Made by a program: the position numbers and the translations under genes
Notes under the pieces: generated by a model
Told to the model about the DNA's origin: nothing
The model's input: only the letters and a program-made list of their open reading frames with translations
Database searches by the model: none
Assembly: GCA_964482685.1 (NCBI GenBank)
Contig: CAYZZA010000001.1
Location: forward strand, 358 to 64,357
Origin: an uncultured Carnobacteriaceae bacterium
GTDB taxonomy: Bacteria; Bacillota; Bacilli; Lactobacillales; Carnobacteriaceae_A
DNA: 64,000 nucleotides
Direction of reading: 5' to 3'
In this document: positions 48,581-58,344 of the stretch, one piece after another
Position numbering within the stretch: position 1 is the first letter of the stretch
How the letters are laid out: each line of letters begins with the position of its first letter

Positions 48581-50188
48581 CTAATTTGACATACTTTTTT
48601 GGTACACAACCGTTCCATCGACAACCGTCATCACAACGGTTGTGTCTTTCATTGCTTCAGGAGACAGTGAAAAAATAGGACGATCCAAGACAATAAAATC
48701 TGCGACATATCCTTTTTTCAATCGTCCTTTGGTGTGCTCCTCAAAACTAGCATACGCGCCTTCGAGCGTATAAGCATCAATTGCATCTGATAGGTCTAGT
48801 GCTTCCGATGGGAGAAAGCCACCAAGAGGAGAACCATCCAATCGTTTTCGCGTCACCGCACAATACAAATTATGAAACGGTTGAAACGGAGCAATTGGTG
48901 CATCTGTACTGAACGATTGATGAATGCCCATACGTGCCATTGTGCCAAAAGCATATGACGTGCTGGCTAATTTTTGTCCAACACGATTGACTACAATTGG
49001 GATGTCGTCTTCTAGAAAAATAGGCTGTACATACGTCAAATACCCTTTTTTTTGAATACGGGTTAGCAATTCGTAATCTGTAATTTGCACATGGTTGATC
49101 CCTAACCGAAGTCTATTCTCTGGCATTGCGACCGCATCATACGCATCTAATACCGCAGTGATTCCTTGGTCGCCAATAGCATGAATAATGACTTGCGAGT
49201 CATTTTCAACAGCAAGCTGAACTTCATGGTTTAACGTCTCTTGTGGTTTTGTTAACACGCCTTTGTTGCCTGAATCATCATGGTAATCTTGTCTCAACGC
49301 TGCTGTTCGGCCACCCAAAGCACCATCTGCAAACAGTTTCACTGGTCCAACTCGATTAAATGCGGTTCCCTGACCGGTTTTAAAGCCAGAAGCAAAGTAG
49401 CTTGGAAGGTACTTTCCATCATTAAACCACATTTGATGGTAAAAGCGGATCGTTAATGCGTGTTGGCGCTCTAGCTCTTTATACAAAGACCACGTCTCTT
49501 CAATTTCATTGTCTTTGCAATCGCATGTATGCATAGAAGTGATGCCTTGTTTGTTGGCAAGTTTCATCGTTTTTTCTAGTAGTTTTTTTTGTTCCTCGCG
49601 TTTTTTTTTCGGCATTTTTGCTTTGATTAAATCAATAGCCCGTTCCGTAAAAACACCTGTTGGTTCTCCGTCGGCGTCTTTTCGTATTTCTCCTCCCTCA
49701 GGCGAGGGAGTATCTCGCGTGACACCAAAGAAGGCAAGTGCAGCTGAGTTACATGAAAATACATGTCGGTCTACCCGTCCCATGACAATCGGGATTTCTT
49801 TTGAAATTAAATCTAAATCTGTTTTTTCAGGGAATCGTTTTTCATCTGTAAAGGTATTTTGATTCCAACCTTCTGTATAAATAAAATCTAGAGAAGTAAG
49901 GTTTTTTTCCCTAATATATATCCGTCCCCGTTCAATCAACTCGTGCATACTCGTTACATCTGAGATTGGCAACATCTCTAAATACTCTGCAGTCATGAGA
50001 AAATGGAGGTGTGAGTCATTGAACCCGGGAAGAACTGTCTTTCCTTTCAAATCTAGGATGGTGCGTGGATTTCGACTTAGAATCTCACTTGTTGTGCCAG
50101 TGGCGACAATTTGATTGCTTTCTACTAAAAACGCTTCGCAAAACACATTTTTTTCTACATATACATGTCCATTTATATACGCATCCAT
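48581..50188 (-). CDS. Amidohydrolase family protein (YtcJ-like, Amidohydro_3)
   Basis: Start trimmed to MDAYINGHVY (ATG 50188). Metal-binding DSHLHF near the N-terminus, HAIGD, and a C-terminal G.ADF.VLD pattern. Confidence 0.72.
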   Translation of the reverse strand: MDAYINGHVYVEKNVFCEAFLVESNQIVATGTTSEILSRNPRTILDLKGKTVLPGFNDSHLHFLMTAEYLEMLPISDVTSMHELIERGRIYIREKNLTSLDFIYTEGWNQNTFTDEKRFPEKTDLDLISKEIPIVMGRVDRHVFSCNSAALAFFGVTRDTPSPEGGEIRKDADGEPTGVFTERAIDLIKAKMPKKKREEQKKLLEKTMKLANKQGITSMHTCDCKDNEIEETWSLYKELERQHALTIRFYHQMWFNDGKYLPSYFASGFKTGQGTAFNRVGPVKLFADGALGGRTAALRQDYHDDSGNKGVLTKPQETLNHEVQLAVENDSQVIIHAIGDQGITAVLDAYDAVAMPENRLRLGINHVQITDYELLTRIQKKGYLTYVQPIFLEDDIPIVVNRVGQKLASTSYAFGTMARMGIHQSFSTDAPIAPFQPFHNLYCAVTRKRLDGSPLGGFLPSEALDLSDAIDAYTLEGAYASFEEHTKGRLKKGYVADFIVLDRPIFSLSPEAMKDTTVVMTVVDGTVVYQKSMSN

Positions 50189-50329
50189 TTTCCCACTCCC
50201 CATTTGCGTGAATCTTTGTGTATCTGTTCAAGTTTATCATATTGTTTTAGTCTTTGCTTTCTCTGCTTCACAAAAATCCACGACTTTTTACAAATGTTCT
50301 ACGATTTGTATCTTTTTAGACTACACCAC

Positions 50330-50357
50330 AAAAAAAGGCTCCCACGTAAAGGGAGTC
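50330..50357 (-). terminator. Terminator of pepF
   Basis: GGCTCCC-acgtaaa-GGGAGTC flanked by A7 and T5. Confidence 0.6.
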
Positions 50358-50394
50358 TTTTTCTTTTTTTATCGTTCCTTTTTAAAAGGGTCGA

Positions 50395-52209
50395 TTACTG
50401 CTCTTTAAGTAACGCGCTCAACTCAATAATACGCGTCACTGAGTCATCTAAATACGCGATTGTATCCGTCAAGGGTTTTGTCGTTGTTATGTCTACTCCT
50501 GCCACAAGTGCAGCTTCGACGGAACGTTTTTCATCCCCTAAAGCCAAGAACTCAAGCCATTTGTCTACGGCTGGTTGACCTTCTTCTTTTATCTTCAAAA
50601 ATGCCTGTGTTGCAATCGTCAAGCCTGCTGAATACGTATACGAATAAAGTCCCATGTAATAATGCGGTTGGCGCATCCAGGTTAGCTCTGCACCTGGGTT
50701 GATCTCCACGGCGTCTCCCCAAAAGGCTTCCAAGACCTCTTTTTTCAATTCGCTTAGTGTGTCTGCATCGAACCCTTGTCCAGCATCGACAAGGCGATAA
50801 ACTTCGCGTTGGTACGTTGCTTCTAGTAAATGAGTGATGTAGTTATGGAAATACGTATTGGCTATCATGCTTGTCAGCGCAAAACGTTCCATCCGCTCGT
50901 TTGTTGCTTGTGTAGATAATGAATGTGTCAACAGCAATTCGTTGAATGTCGAAGGCGCTTCAATCAAATACAGTGACGGATCGCTTCCTAGAACAGAGTG
51001 GTTTTCAGCCGACAAAATCCCTTGTCCAGCATGCCCAAATTCATGGATTAAGGTATACACATCAGACAACTGATTGGTCCAAGACATCAAAATGTAGGGG
51101 TGTTTTTGATAGGGTGACGAACAAAAGCCACCCGTTGATTTTCCTTTATTTTGAACAAAGTCGACCCATCTTTCTGGGTAAGCTTTCATAATCATGTCCA
51201 CATAGTCCTGCCCGAGAAGTTGGAGGGCATCTTTTACGTACTCTTGGGAATCTTCTACTGTAACGGTTTTAGAAAAATCAGGATCCAACGAAATTTTTAG
51301 ATCTGCATAGGTCATTTTATCAAGACCACGCACTTCTTTAAGGTGTGTGATATAGCGTTGCATCACAGGAGCTAACCCCGTCATAATACCGTCAATTTGG
51401 CGGTCGTATAACTCTCTTTCTACTTCTTGTTCATACAACAAATAATCAATTACTGAGTCAAATCCGCGCATGGTCGCAATCGTTTTTTCTTTTTGAATCT
51501 GAGTGTAATACGCTTCTGAAATGACATTTTTGTATTTGGATAAAACTGTTGAAAAAGCTGTGAATGCTGCACGTCGAATGTCTGTGTCAGCATGATACAT
51601 GTAGTAATCCTCATACAACACAAAGCTTAAAGGATACTCTACTCCGTTGACTTCAAATGTCCCAAAATCCATGTCTGCTAAGCGCGCTTGTTCATAAATA
51701 GATTCTGGTGCATTTAAAACAGAACTTAGTTGTGCCAATGCTTTTTCTACTTTTGGGTCTAATTGAATCTTTTTATTTTCCTTTGTGTGACGAATGTATG
51801 AAGCAAAACGCGGCTCTTGTTGCACAACGGCATCTAGAAGAGCCACATCTACACTTTGTAGTTCTGAATCAAAAAAAGACAAGTGAGCATTCATTTCTGC
51901 AAACAGCGTGCTCATTTTTCTGGATAGATTTGTGTTTTCAGAATTCGTTAAATCAGTTGCTTCTGGAAGGAATGTATAATTGTTTGTATAAGCTGCCAGC
52001 TTCATCAATTCTTCATAGTCTGTTAGAGCCGATACAATGCGTTCAACGTCCACTAGTTTCTCCGTGTACGTATCTGCAAATCTTTTCGTTTTTTCTTGCA
52101 TCTCTTCTACCGCTTGATCAAACGCAGTACGCGTTTCGTATAAATCCGTTAAATCCCATGTATGTGCAAGTAGAACGTCTGCTCGTTTTTTTAGTTGTTG
52201 TTGTTCCAT
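50395..52209 (-). CDS. pepF: Oligoendopeptidase F (M3B)
   Basis: 604 aa. Zinc motif HEFGH. SD AAGGAG. Confidence 0.9.
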   Translation of the reverse strand: MEQQQLKKRADVLLAHTWDLTDLYETRTAFDQAVEEMQEKTKRFADTYTEKLVDVERIVSALTDYEELMKLAAYTNNYTFLPEATDLTNSENTNLSRKMSTLFAEMNAHLSFFDSELQSVDVALLDAVVQQEPRFASYIRHTKENKKIQLDPKVEKALAQLSSVLNAPESIYEQARLADMDFGTFEVNGVEYPLSFVLYEDYYMYHADTDIRRAAFTAFSTVLSKYKNVISEAYYTQIQKEKTIATMRGFDSVIDYLLYEQEVERELYDRQIDGIMTGLAPVMQRYITHLKEVRGLDKMTYADLKISLDPDFSKTVTVEDSQEYVKDALQLLGQDYVDMIMKAYPERWVDFVQNKGKSTGGFCSSPYQKHPYILMSWTNQLSDVYTLIHEFGHAGQGILSAENHSVLGSDPSLYLIEAPSTFNELLLTHSLSTQATNERMERFALTSMIANTYFHNYITHLLEATYQREVYRLVDAGQGFDADTLSELKKEVLEAFWGDAVEINPGAELTWMRQPHYYMGLYSYTYSAGLTIATQAFLKIKEEGQPAVDKWLEFLALGDEKRSVEAALVAGVDITTTKPLTDTIAYLDDSVTRIIELSALLKEQ

Positions 52210-52306
52210 TGTATCGCTCCTTTTTTTGTCGAACTTCTTTTAATAGTATAGCACGTTGAACAAAAAAAGCTTTCTGCTTAAGGCGGTTTTCCTCAGCAAA
52301 AAACTT

Positions 52307-53701
52307 TTATTTTCCGAGCAAATCTTGCGCAGGTTTATTGCGTTCCAATCTACTTGGGTATTCATCCAGTTCCGGTAGAGGCTTAATAACATGTAGCCAC
52401 ATTTTGTATAAAAACCACCCACAATAAATACCCGAAACGGTTTCAGCAATCGGATAAGCCCACCAAATGGTGTTGACATTGCCACTCAATGAAAACACAT
52501 AGGCGACAGGAATTAACACAAATATTTGACGAATAAACGATTCTCCAAAACTTAAGATTCCTTCTCCAAAAGCTTGGTACACCGAACTAGAAATAATACT
52601 AAAGCCCGCAAACACAAAAGTAAGGCTAATTATCCGTAAAGCAGGAATACCAAAAAACAACATGTCTTCAGATGCATTAAAAAACCCAAGAAGTGCGCCT
52701 GGGAAAAGTTGGAACACAACCAATCCAGCCATCATCATGACTGTAGCGTAAATCATACAAATCTTAATGGTCTCGATCAAACGCTGTTTATTCTTGGCTC
52801 CATAATTATAGGACAATATAGGAATCATACCGTTGGTCAGTCCAAAAACAGGCATAAACACAAAACTTTGCAACTGAAAATACACACCAAAAACAGCAGC
52901 AGCAGTCGCACTAAAAGTCATAAGGATCAAATTCATTAAAAACATTGTTACGGATGAAATGGCGACCATTAGCGTAGCCGGCACACCTACTGAATAAATA
53001 TCCCGGATGTTTTTCCAATCGGGACGGAATGTTTTGTACTCCATCTGTAACTCTTGATTTTTCTTTGTGTTTAAAATGAATGCCAGCACAGCGGCAGCTA
53101 CTTGACCGATGACTGTAGCCAACGCAGCGCCAGCTACCCCCATTTTAGGAAAACCGAGCAAACCAAATATTAATATTGGATCTAAAATTAAATTAATAAT
53201 TGCTCCCATTCCTTGGGTGATCATTGTATAAAATGTTTTTCCAGTCGATTGCATCAACCGTTCGTAGGTGACTTGCATGAACTGACCTATCGATAATGAA
53301 GCAATTATGCTTAAATAAGTGATTCCCTCTTTTAAAATCAAAGGATCGGATGTTTGAGAAGCAAAGAATGGACGAACTAAAAACAAACCAAACAGCAAAA
53401 ACAGGCCATAATGAAAAAAACCAAGTAGCACGCTGTTGTTTGCTGTTGTGTTCGCGTTGTTGTCATCCCCTTCTCCTAAACTTCTAGAAAGAGCTGCACT
53501 CACTCCGACACCGGTTCCGACTTGTAGGGCAACCATTAAGTTTTGGATAGGGAAAGCCAAAGAAACAGCGGTCAATGCTTGCTCACTCACTTGCGCAACA
53601 AACATGCTATCAATAATGTTATAAAGAGACTGAATCAACATAGAAATCATCATGGGCAGTGCCATTTGGATGACTAGTTCTTTAACAGGGGTGGTACCCA
53701 T
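52307..53701 (-). CDS. MATE family efflux transporter
   Basis: 464 aa, 12 TM, MATE-like N-terminus (P..KLV..MALPMMISML). The ATG 53701 has its SD 22 nt away, so an upstream ATT start is possible. Confidence 0.8.
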   Translation of the reverse strand: MGTTPVKELVIQMALPMMISMLIQSLYNIIDSMFVAQVSEQALTAVSLAFPIQNLMVALQVGTGVGVSAALSRSLGEGDDNNANTTANNSVLLGFFHYGLFLLFGLFLVRPFFASQTSDPLILKEGITYLSIIASLSIGQFMQVTYERLMQSTGKTFYTMITQGMGAIINLILDPILIFGLLGFPKMGVAGAALATVIGQVAAAVLAFILNTKKNQELQMEYKTFRPDWKNIRDIYSVGVPATLMVAISSVTMFLMNLILMTFSATAAAVFGVYFQLQSFVFMPVFGLTNGMIPILSYNYGAKNKQRLIETIKICMIYATVMMMAGLVVFQLFPGALLGFFNASEDMLFFGIPALRIISLTFVFAGFSIISSSVYQAFGEGILSFGESFIRQIFVLIPVAYVFSLSGNVNTIWWAYPIAETVSGIYCGWFLYKMWLHVIKPLPELDEYPSRLERNKPAQDLLGK

Positions 53702-53915
53702 CTTGTTGTTGTTAATATGAAATCCCCTCCGTAATTTTTATAAGATGTAGACATAGAAAGAGAGCCCTACAAGCTCTTTCAAGCTGCAGCGCAATTCTCC
53801 CTATTATACGTTTATTTTGTCTCTAGGTCAATGTTTGATAAACAGTTGGAAAGACGCTTGTGATTTTAAAAAACTGTGTATCGTGCACTTACTTTCTTTT
53901 AGGAAGTAAGGTAAG

Positions 53916-54599
53916 ATGAATATACTATGTATTGTGAGGAGGATTCTCATTTCCAAATTATTGTTTATGCCTTTTTTAAAGGGGCTTATATTAGTAGGAA
54001 TCAGTTTTTTTATTTGGTGGTTCTTGACTCCTTTGCAAAAAGAAGCGAAAAAAAGAGTGTTTTTCTTCACAAGCGATGTGCTGGCATCCGCGCTTTTAAG
54101 TGCATTCGCCTTTCAATTGCTTTTCCACTTTTCTACTATTCTTCGTTCTCCCTATGAGTGGATCCTTCTTTCAGGGCGCTCTCTCAAATGGGGGATTCTT
54201 GTGACCGTCGCATTCACAGGATTTAAAAAAAGAGAATTTGTCCGCTTTGAAAACGAATTATACAGAGGATTGTTACAATTTTTACTTATCTCAGGCATGG
54301 TCAACTTTATGTATTATGCGGTTATTTATGGACAACTTGTCTCTCTCCTATCCGCTGGACTCATGGGAATTGGTTTATTGCTTCTAACGTTTGTACAGAA
54401 AAAAATCTATGCTCTTTCTTTGCTTGTCTCATTTAGCCTTCCTCTTCTTCAGTGGGGATTGTTACAAGACCGCGCATTTTTATTTTTTGAATTTATTTTG
54501 CCGTCCAGAACTTTTTTCCTTGCGGCCTTAATCTGGATGAGCATTTTAATTTTAGATAGATATCTTGAAAGGAGGTCTGCGTCATCGGAATTCAACTAA
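53916..54599 (+). CDS. Polytopic membrane protein, function unknown
   Basis: 227 aa with multiple hydrophobic segments. SD AAGG. The 3' end overlaps the probable ccdA start. Confidence 0.5.
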   Translation: MNILCIVRRILISKLLFMPFLKGLILVGISFFIWWFLTPLQKEAKKRVFFFTSDVLASALLSAFAFQLLFHFSTILRSPYEWILLSGRSLKWGILVTVAFTGFKKREFVRFENELYRGLLQFLLISGMVNFMYYAVIYGQLVSLLSAGLMGIGLLLLTFVQKKIYALSLLVSFSLPLLQWGLLQDRAFLFFEFILPSRTFFLAALIWMSILILDRYLERRSASSEFN

Positions 54600-55321
54600 C
54601 CGCATGGGCTGCTTTTGCAGCAGGTATGCTCTCATTTCTTTCACCCTGCACACTCCCCTTACTCCCTTTGTACTTGTCTTATATTACTGGGAAAAGTGTA
54701 TCAGAGATTCAGCAAAATAAATCGTTGACGTTTCGGAAAACGGTCTTCTCCCACTCGGTAATTTTCTTGCTCGGTGTGAGCGTTGTCTATATTAGCCTTG
54801 GCTTAGGGGTGAGTGCTGCGGGTGACTTTTTAAGTCAAGTCATGACAGGTCCGCTTAGTCGGCTTTTACAAAGATTAGCTGGGTTGTTCATTTTGTTTTT
54901 TGGCTTACTTACTTCAGGTGTTCTCCAACTACCGGCTTTTTCGAAAGAATACCGCTTTTTAAAACCGCGTAAGTCTGTGAATTACTTCTCCTCCTTTTTT
55001 GTTGGACTAGGATTTGCGGCAGGTTGGACTCCTTGTATTGGTCCTATTTTTTCTTCTATTCTTTTAATGGGAAATGCCCGAGGCGATTCCCCGATTTTAT
55101 ATTTACTCTTGTACGTTCTTGGTTTTTCCCTTCCCTTTTTACTCGTTTCACTTTTTATTGGTAACTTAAAGCAACTGATGAAGTACAGCACTTTGTTTAT
55201 GAAAATCGGAGGTTTCACCATGATTGTAATTGGCATCCTCCTTTTGACTGGATCTATGGAATGGATTTCAGAAGTCATTCTACGGTTCATGCAAAACACA
55301 CCGTTTAATCAATTAGGGTAA
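54584..55321 (+). CDS. ccdA: Cytochrome c biogenesis / thiol-disulfide transfer membrane protein CcdA (DsbD-beta family)
   Basis: Two membrane-embedded Cys motifs, LSFLSPCTLP and GWTPCIGP. The first ATG is 54626, but conserved TM1 residues (AAFAAG) lie upstream. SD GGAGG (54571-54575) is 8 nt from ATC 54584. Confidence 0.82.
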   Translation: MGIQLTAWAAFAAGMLSFLSPCTLPLLPLYLSYITGKSVSEIQQNKSLTFRKTVFSHSVIFLLGVSVVYISLGLGVSAAGDFLSQVMTGPLSRLLQRLAGLFILFFGLLTSGVLQLPAFSKEYRFLKPRKSVNYFSSFFVGLGFAAGWTPCIGPIFSSILLMGNARGDSPILYLLLYVLGFSLPFLLVSLFIGNLKQLMKYSTLFMKIGGFTMIVIGILLLTGSMEWISEVILRFMQNTPFNQLG

Positions 55322-55340
55322 CAAGAAAGGACATATACCT

Positions 55341-56006
55341 ATGTTTAAAAAAGGACTTTGGCTTCTTCTTGGAGCCGCATTTATTTGGATCGCTGTTGAT
55401 TTTGCAAGAGACACAACACAAGAAAAGGCCGACAACCAGCAAGCGACTGTAGCGCTTTCCTCAATAGATTCTACCAACCCAGCAGAAGAATACAGCTATA
55501 CTGAAGAATCTGATACACAAGAGGATTCTTCAGAATTGGAGATTATTGGAGAAGACTTTGATAAAGCAACAAAAATGACCGTTGGAAGTGATCTAGGCCA
55601 AACGGCTTATGATTTTGAGTTAATGGATATGGATGGAAAAACAGTCAAATTATCGGATTACCGTGGAAAAAAAGTCTTTTTAAACTTTTGGGCATCATGG
55701 TGCCCGCCTTGTCGAGCAGAAATGCCGCATCTCCAAGCTTTTTCTGACAAGCAAGATGAAGTCGTTGTATTAGGTGTAAACGTGACCCCTTCGGAATCAA
55801 ACATCGACAATGTGAAAGAGTTTTTAGACGAACAAAACATCACTTTTACGAACGTATACGGAGAAACCAAACAAGCTGATCAGTTTAGAACACAGTCACT
55901 TCCGACGTCTTATTTTATTGGCGCAGATGGCGTTATCTACGACAAAGTCGTGGGGCCAGTAACAAGCGACGCATTAGAAGTACGCTTCGAGATGATTCAA
56001 AATTGA
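55341..56006 (+). CDS. Membrane-anchored thioredoxin-fold thiol-disulfide oxidoreductase (TlpA/ResA-like)
   Basis: 221 aa. N-terminal TM anchor. Active site WASWCPPCRAEMP. Confidence 0.85.
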   Translation: MFKKGLWLLLGAAFIWIAVDFARDTTQEKADNQQATVALSSIDSTNPAEEYSYTEESDTQEDSSELEIIGEDFDKATKMTVGSDLGQTAYDFELMDMDGKTVKLSDYRGKKVFLNFWASWCPPCRAEMPHLQAFSDKQDEVVVLGVNVTPSESNIDNVKEFLDEQNITFTNVYGETKQADQFRTQSLPTSYFIGADGVIYDKVVGPVTSDALEVRFEMIQN

Positions 56007-56051
56007 CTTGTCCCTGAAAAAAGCATAACTTCTATGTATTTTGTATCAAAC

Positions 56052-56094
56052 AAAAAAGTCCCTCCTGACATGAATGTCAGGAGGGACTTTTTTT
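56052..56094. terminator. Bidirectional terminator
   Basis: 14-bp stem AGTCCCTCCTGACA / TGTCAGGAGGGACT flanked by A6 and T7. Confidence 0.88.
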
Positions 56095-56752
56095 ACACCC
56101 CTATATGTTTGCGTTTCTCCCATTTTCTTACGAAAACTGAGATACTAAAACAAATTGTAAAGTATACAGCAGCTAAGAAAGCATACACCATAAACACTTC
56201 CGCAGAAGTTTGTGCTTTTCCTAAGATGACTTGTCCACTACGCGTGAATTCAGCAATACCAAGACCTGCTAAGAAAGATGTGTCTTTAATTGTCGTTACA
56301 ACTTGTGACAAGAGAGAAGGAACAATCTTTCGAAATGTCTGAGGCAAGATAATGTAAATCAGCGTTTGAAAAAAAGTGAAACCTTGTGCTGAAGCCGCTT
56401 CCCATTGTCCTTTTGGAATAGAGTTTAGTCCCCCACGCACAATTTCTGCCATAATCGCAGATGTATACAAGAAAAGTGCGAATGCTCCTTTAATTGTAAG
56501 CGTACTGTAAGGAATCAAGAACGCACACCCCAGCATCCACAGCAGAAGTGGAGTATTCCTGAAAATTTCAATGTAGAGAGAAGCGATTTTCCCCAGAAAG
56601 ACTTCTTCATAATTTCTCAACAATCCTAGAATGGTCCCAAAAAGAATGGACCCTAGCACGACACTTACAGAAATAGATAAGGTCAATGTCAATCCTTGCA
56701 TAAAGAAGCGCAGATTAGAAGGAGTAAATGTTTTCGCAAATAAATCCATCAC
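56093..56752 (-). CDS. Amino-acid ABC transporter permease (HisMQ/GlnP type)
   Basis: 219 aa. EAA-type loop EAASAQGFTFFQTLIYIILPQ. Overlaps the upstream permease gene. Confidence 0.88.
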   Translation of the reverse strand: MMDLFAKTFTPSNLRFFMQGLTLTLSISVSVVLGSILFGTILGLLRNYEEVFLGKIASLYIEIFRNTPLLLWMLGCAFLIPYSTLTIKGAFALFLYTSAIMAEIVRGGLNSIPKGQWEAASAQGFTFFQTLIYIILPQTFRKIVPSLLSQVVTTIKDTSFLAGLGIAEFTRSGQVILGKAQTSAEVFMVYAFLAAVYFTICFSISVFVRKWEKRKHIGV

Positions 56753-57459
56753 TCCAACACCTCCGGAATATCAATCGTCGCATACTCGCTGTTTTTCAGT
56801 TTTTGCTCATAGTTTCTGGCAAAGGTTGCCAATGGGAAACATAAAAGAAAATACATTAATCCAGCGGCCACGTAAGCAGGACCATAGTTTAAACTAGATG
56901 AAGCATATGAATCTGCTGCGTACATTAAATCGGCTCCGGCAATAATCGCCAACACAGACGTGTTCTTAATTAGGTTAACCGCTTGGTTTGTTAATGGCGG
57001 CAAGATAATTTTGATCGTCTGTGGGAGAATAATGTAACGCATCGTTTGTACGTAGTTAAAGCCTTCTGAGTACGCTGCTTCTGCTTGTCCTTTAGGAACA
57101 GCTTCAATTCCTGCTCGTACAACTTCTCCTACATACGCCCCATGATAAAGTCCAATCCCAACGACTCCAATAGTCACTTCAGATAAGACTAGACCAGCAA
57201 TCGCCAATCCATTGTACATAAAGAAGACTAAAATCACTAATGGTATGTTTTGAAAAAACTCGACATAGATTCGGCTCATAAGTTTGAGTACTTTGTTTTC
57301 TGATGTTGACATGACCCCAATGATGATCCCTACGACCAATGCAAGAAGCAATGCCATGGAAGCTACTTGAAGGGTTCGAAGAAAACCTATTCCAAATCCA
57401 CCAAAATTTTGAGATAAATTTTCCCAACGCCATAAGGCAAAGGGGTTAGAGCTTCGCAT
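56749..57459 (-). CDS. Amino-acid ABC transporter permease (HisMQ/GlnP type)
   Basis: 236 aa. EAAYSEGFNYVQTMRYIILPQ. Overlaps the SBP stop by 1 nt. Confidence 0.88.
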   Translation of the reverse strand: MRSSNPFALWRWENLSQNFGGFGIGFLRTLQVASMALLLALVVGIIIGVMSTSENKVLKLMSRIYVEFFQNIPLVILVFFMYNGLAIAGLVLSEVTIGVVGIGLYHGAYVGEVVRAGIEAVPKGQAEAAYSEGFNYVQTMRYIILPQTIKIILPPLTNQAVNLIKNTSVLAIIAGADLMYAADSYASSSLNYGPAYVAAGLMYFLLCFPLATFARNYEQKLKNSEYATIDIPEVLE

Positions 57460-58289
57460 TAGTCGTTCAATCCCCAGTCAGCAATCATCTTGTCTAATGT
57501 ACCGTCTTTGCTCCATTTCTCAAGTAGTTCGTTTAGGTATTCAGACAATTCTGTGTTTTCTTTTTTCACAGCAATTCCATAGTCTTGTGCTGCAAAACGA
57601 TCTGGCAAGATTTCTGTATTTTCGTCTACGTATCCATTTAGAATCGAACGGTCTACTGCAAACCCATCTACACGACCTGAGTCCAAAGCTGCTTTAATAT
57701 CTGCGTACTGTGGGAATTCAGAGAATTTCAATGTAATGTTGTTTTCTTTTGCTGCTTCTTCCATTGACTCTTCAGAAGATGAACTTTGAGCAACTCCGAT
57801 GGTTGCGCCGTCCATATCTTTAATGCTGCCATAGTTTTTGTCTTTTTTGACAAGAATTCCAACAGCATCTTCATAGTAAGACTCTGAGAAGTTGTATGTT
57901 TCTTTTCGTTCGTCTGTGATGGTAAACGTTGCTGCGATTAAATCAAGTTCACCGTTATCTAGAAGCGGACCACGTGTTTTGGCTGTTACAGCTGTTAATT
58001 CTACGTTTTCTGGATCTCCGGTAATCTCTTCTGCAATCTTCTTAGCTAAGTCAATTTCAAATCCTTCAATTTCATTTGTTTCTGTGTTTAATAAACCAAA
58101 TCCAGGAACGTCATCTTTAACCCCAACTTTTAAGACGCCTTCTTTTTTGATGTCTTCAACAGTCACTTGATTGCTTGCTGTTTCTCCGCCGCTTGTGTCG
58201 CTATCTGTTTCTGTGGTGCTATTTGAACAAGCTCCTAAAAGCAATCCTACTGACAATAATGCACTTACTAAGTATTTTTTCTTCATCAT
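57459..58289 (-). CDS. Amino-acid ABC transporter substrate-binding lipoprotein
   Basis: 276 aa. Lipobox LLGAC. SBP family 3 pattern (LKVGV..D.PGFG, DLIAATFTIT.ER). Confidence 0.88.
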   Translation of the reverse strand: MMKKKYLVSALLSVGLLLGACSNSTTETDSDTSGGETASNQVTVEDIKKEGVLKVGVKDDVPGFGLLNTETNEIEGFEIDLAKKIAEEITGDPENVELTAVTAKTRGPLLDNGELDLIAATFTITDERKETYNFSESYYEDAVGILVKKDKNYGSIKDMDGATIGVAQSSSSEESMEEAAKENNITLKFSEFPQYADIKAALDSGRVDGFAVDRSILNGYVDENTEILPDRFAAQDYGIAVKKENTELSEYLNELLEKWSKDGTLDKMIADWGLND

Positions 58290-58344
58290 CTATCTTCCTT
58301 TTCAAGTTTTATAGTCAATATTGTTGAGTATGAGTCAAGTAATC

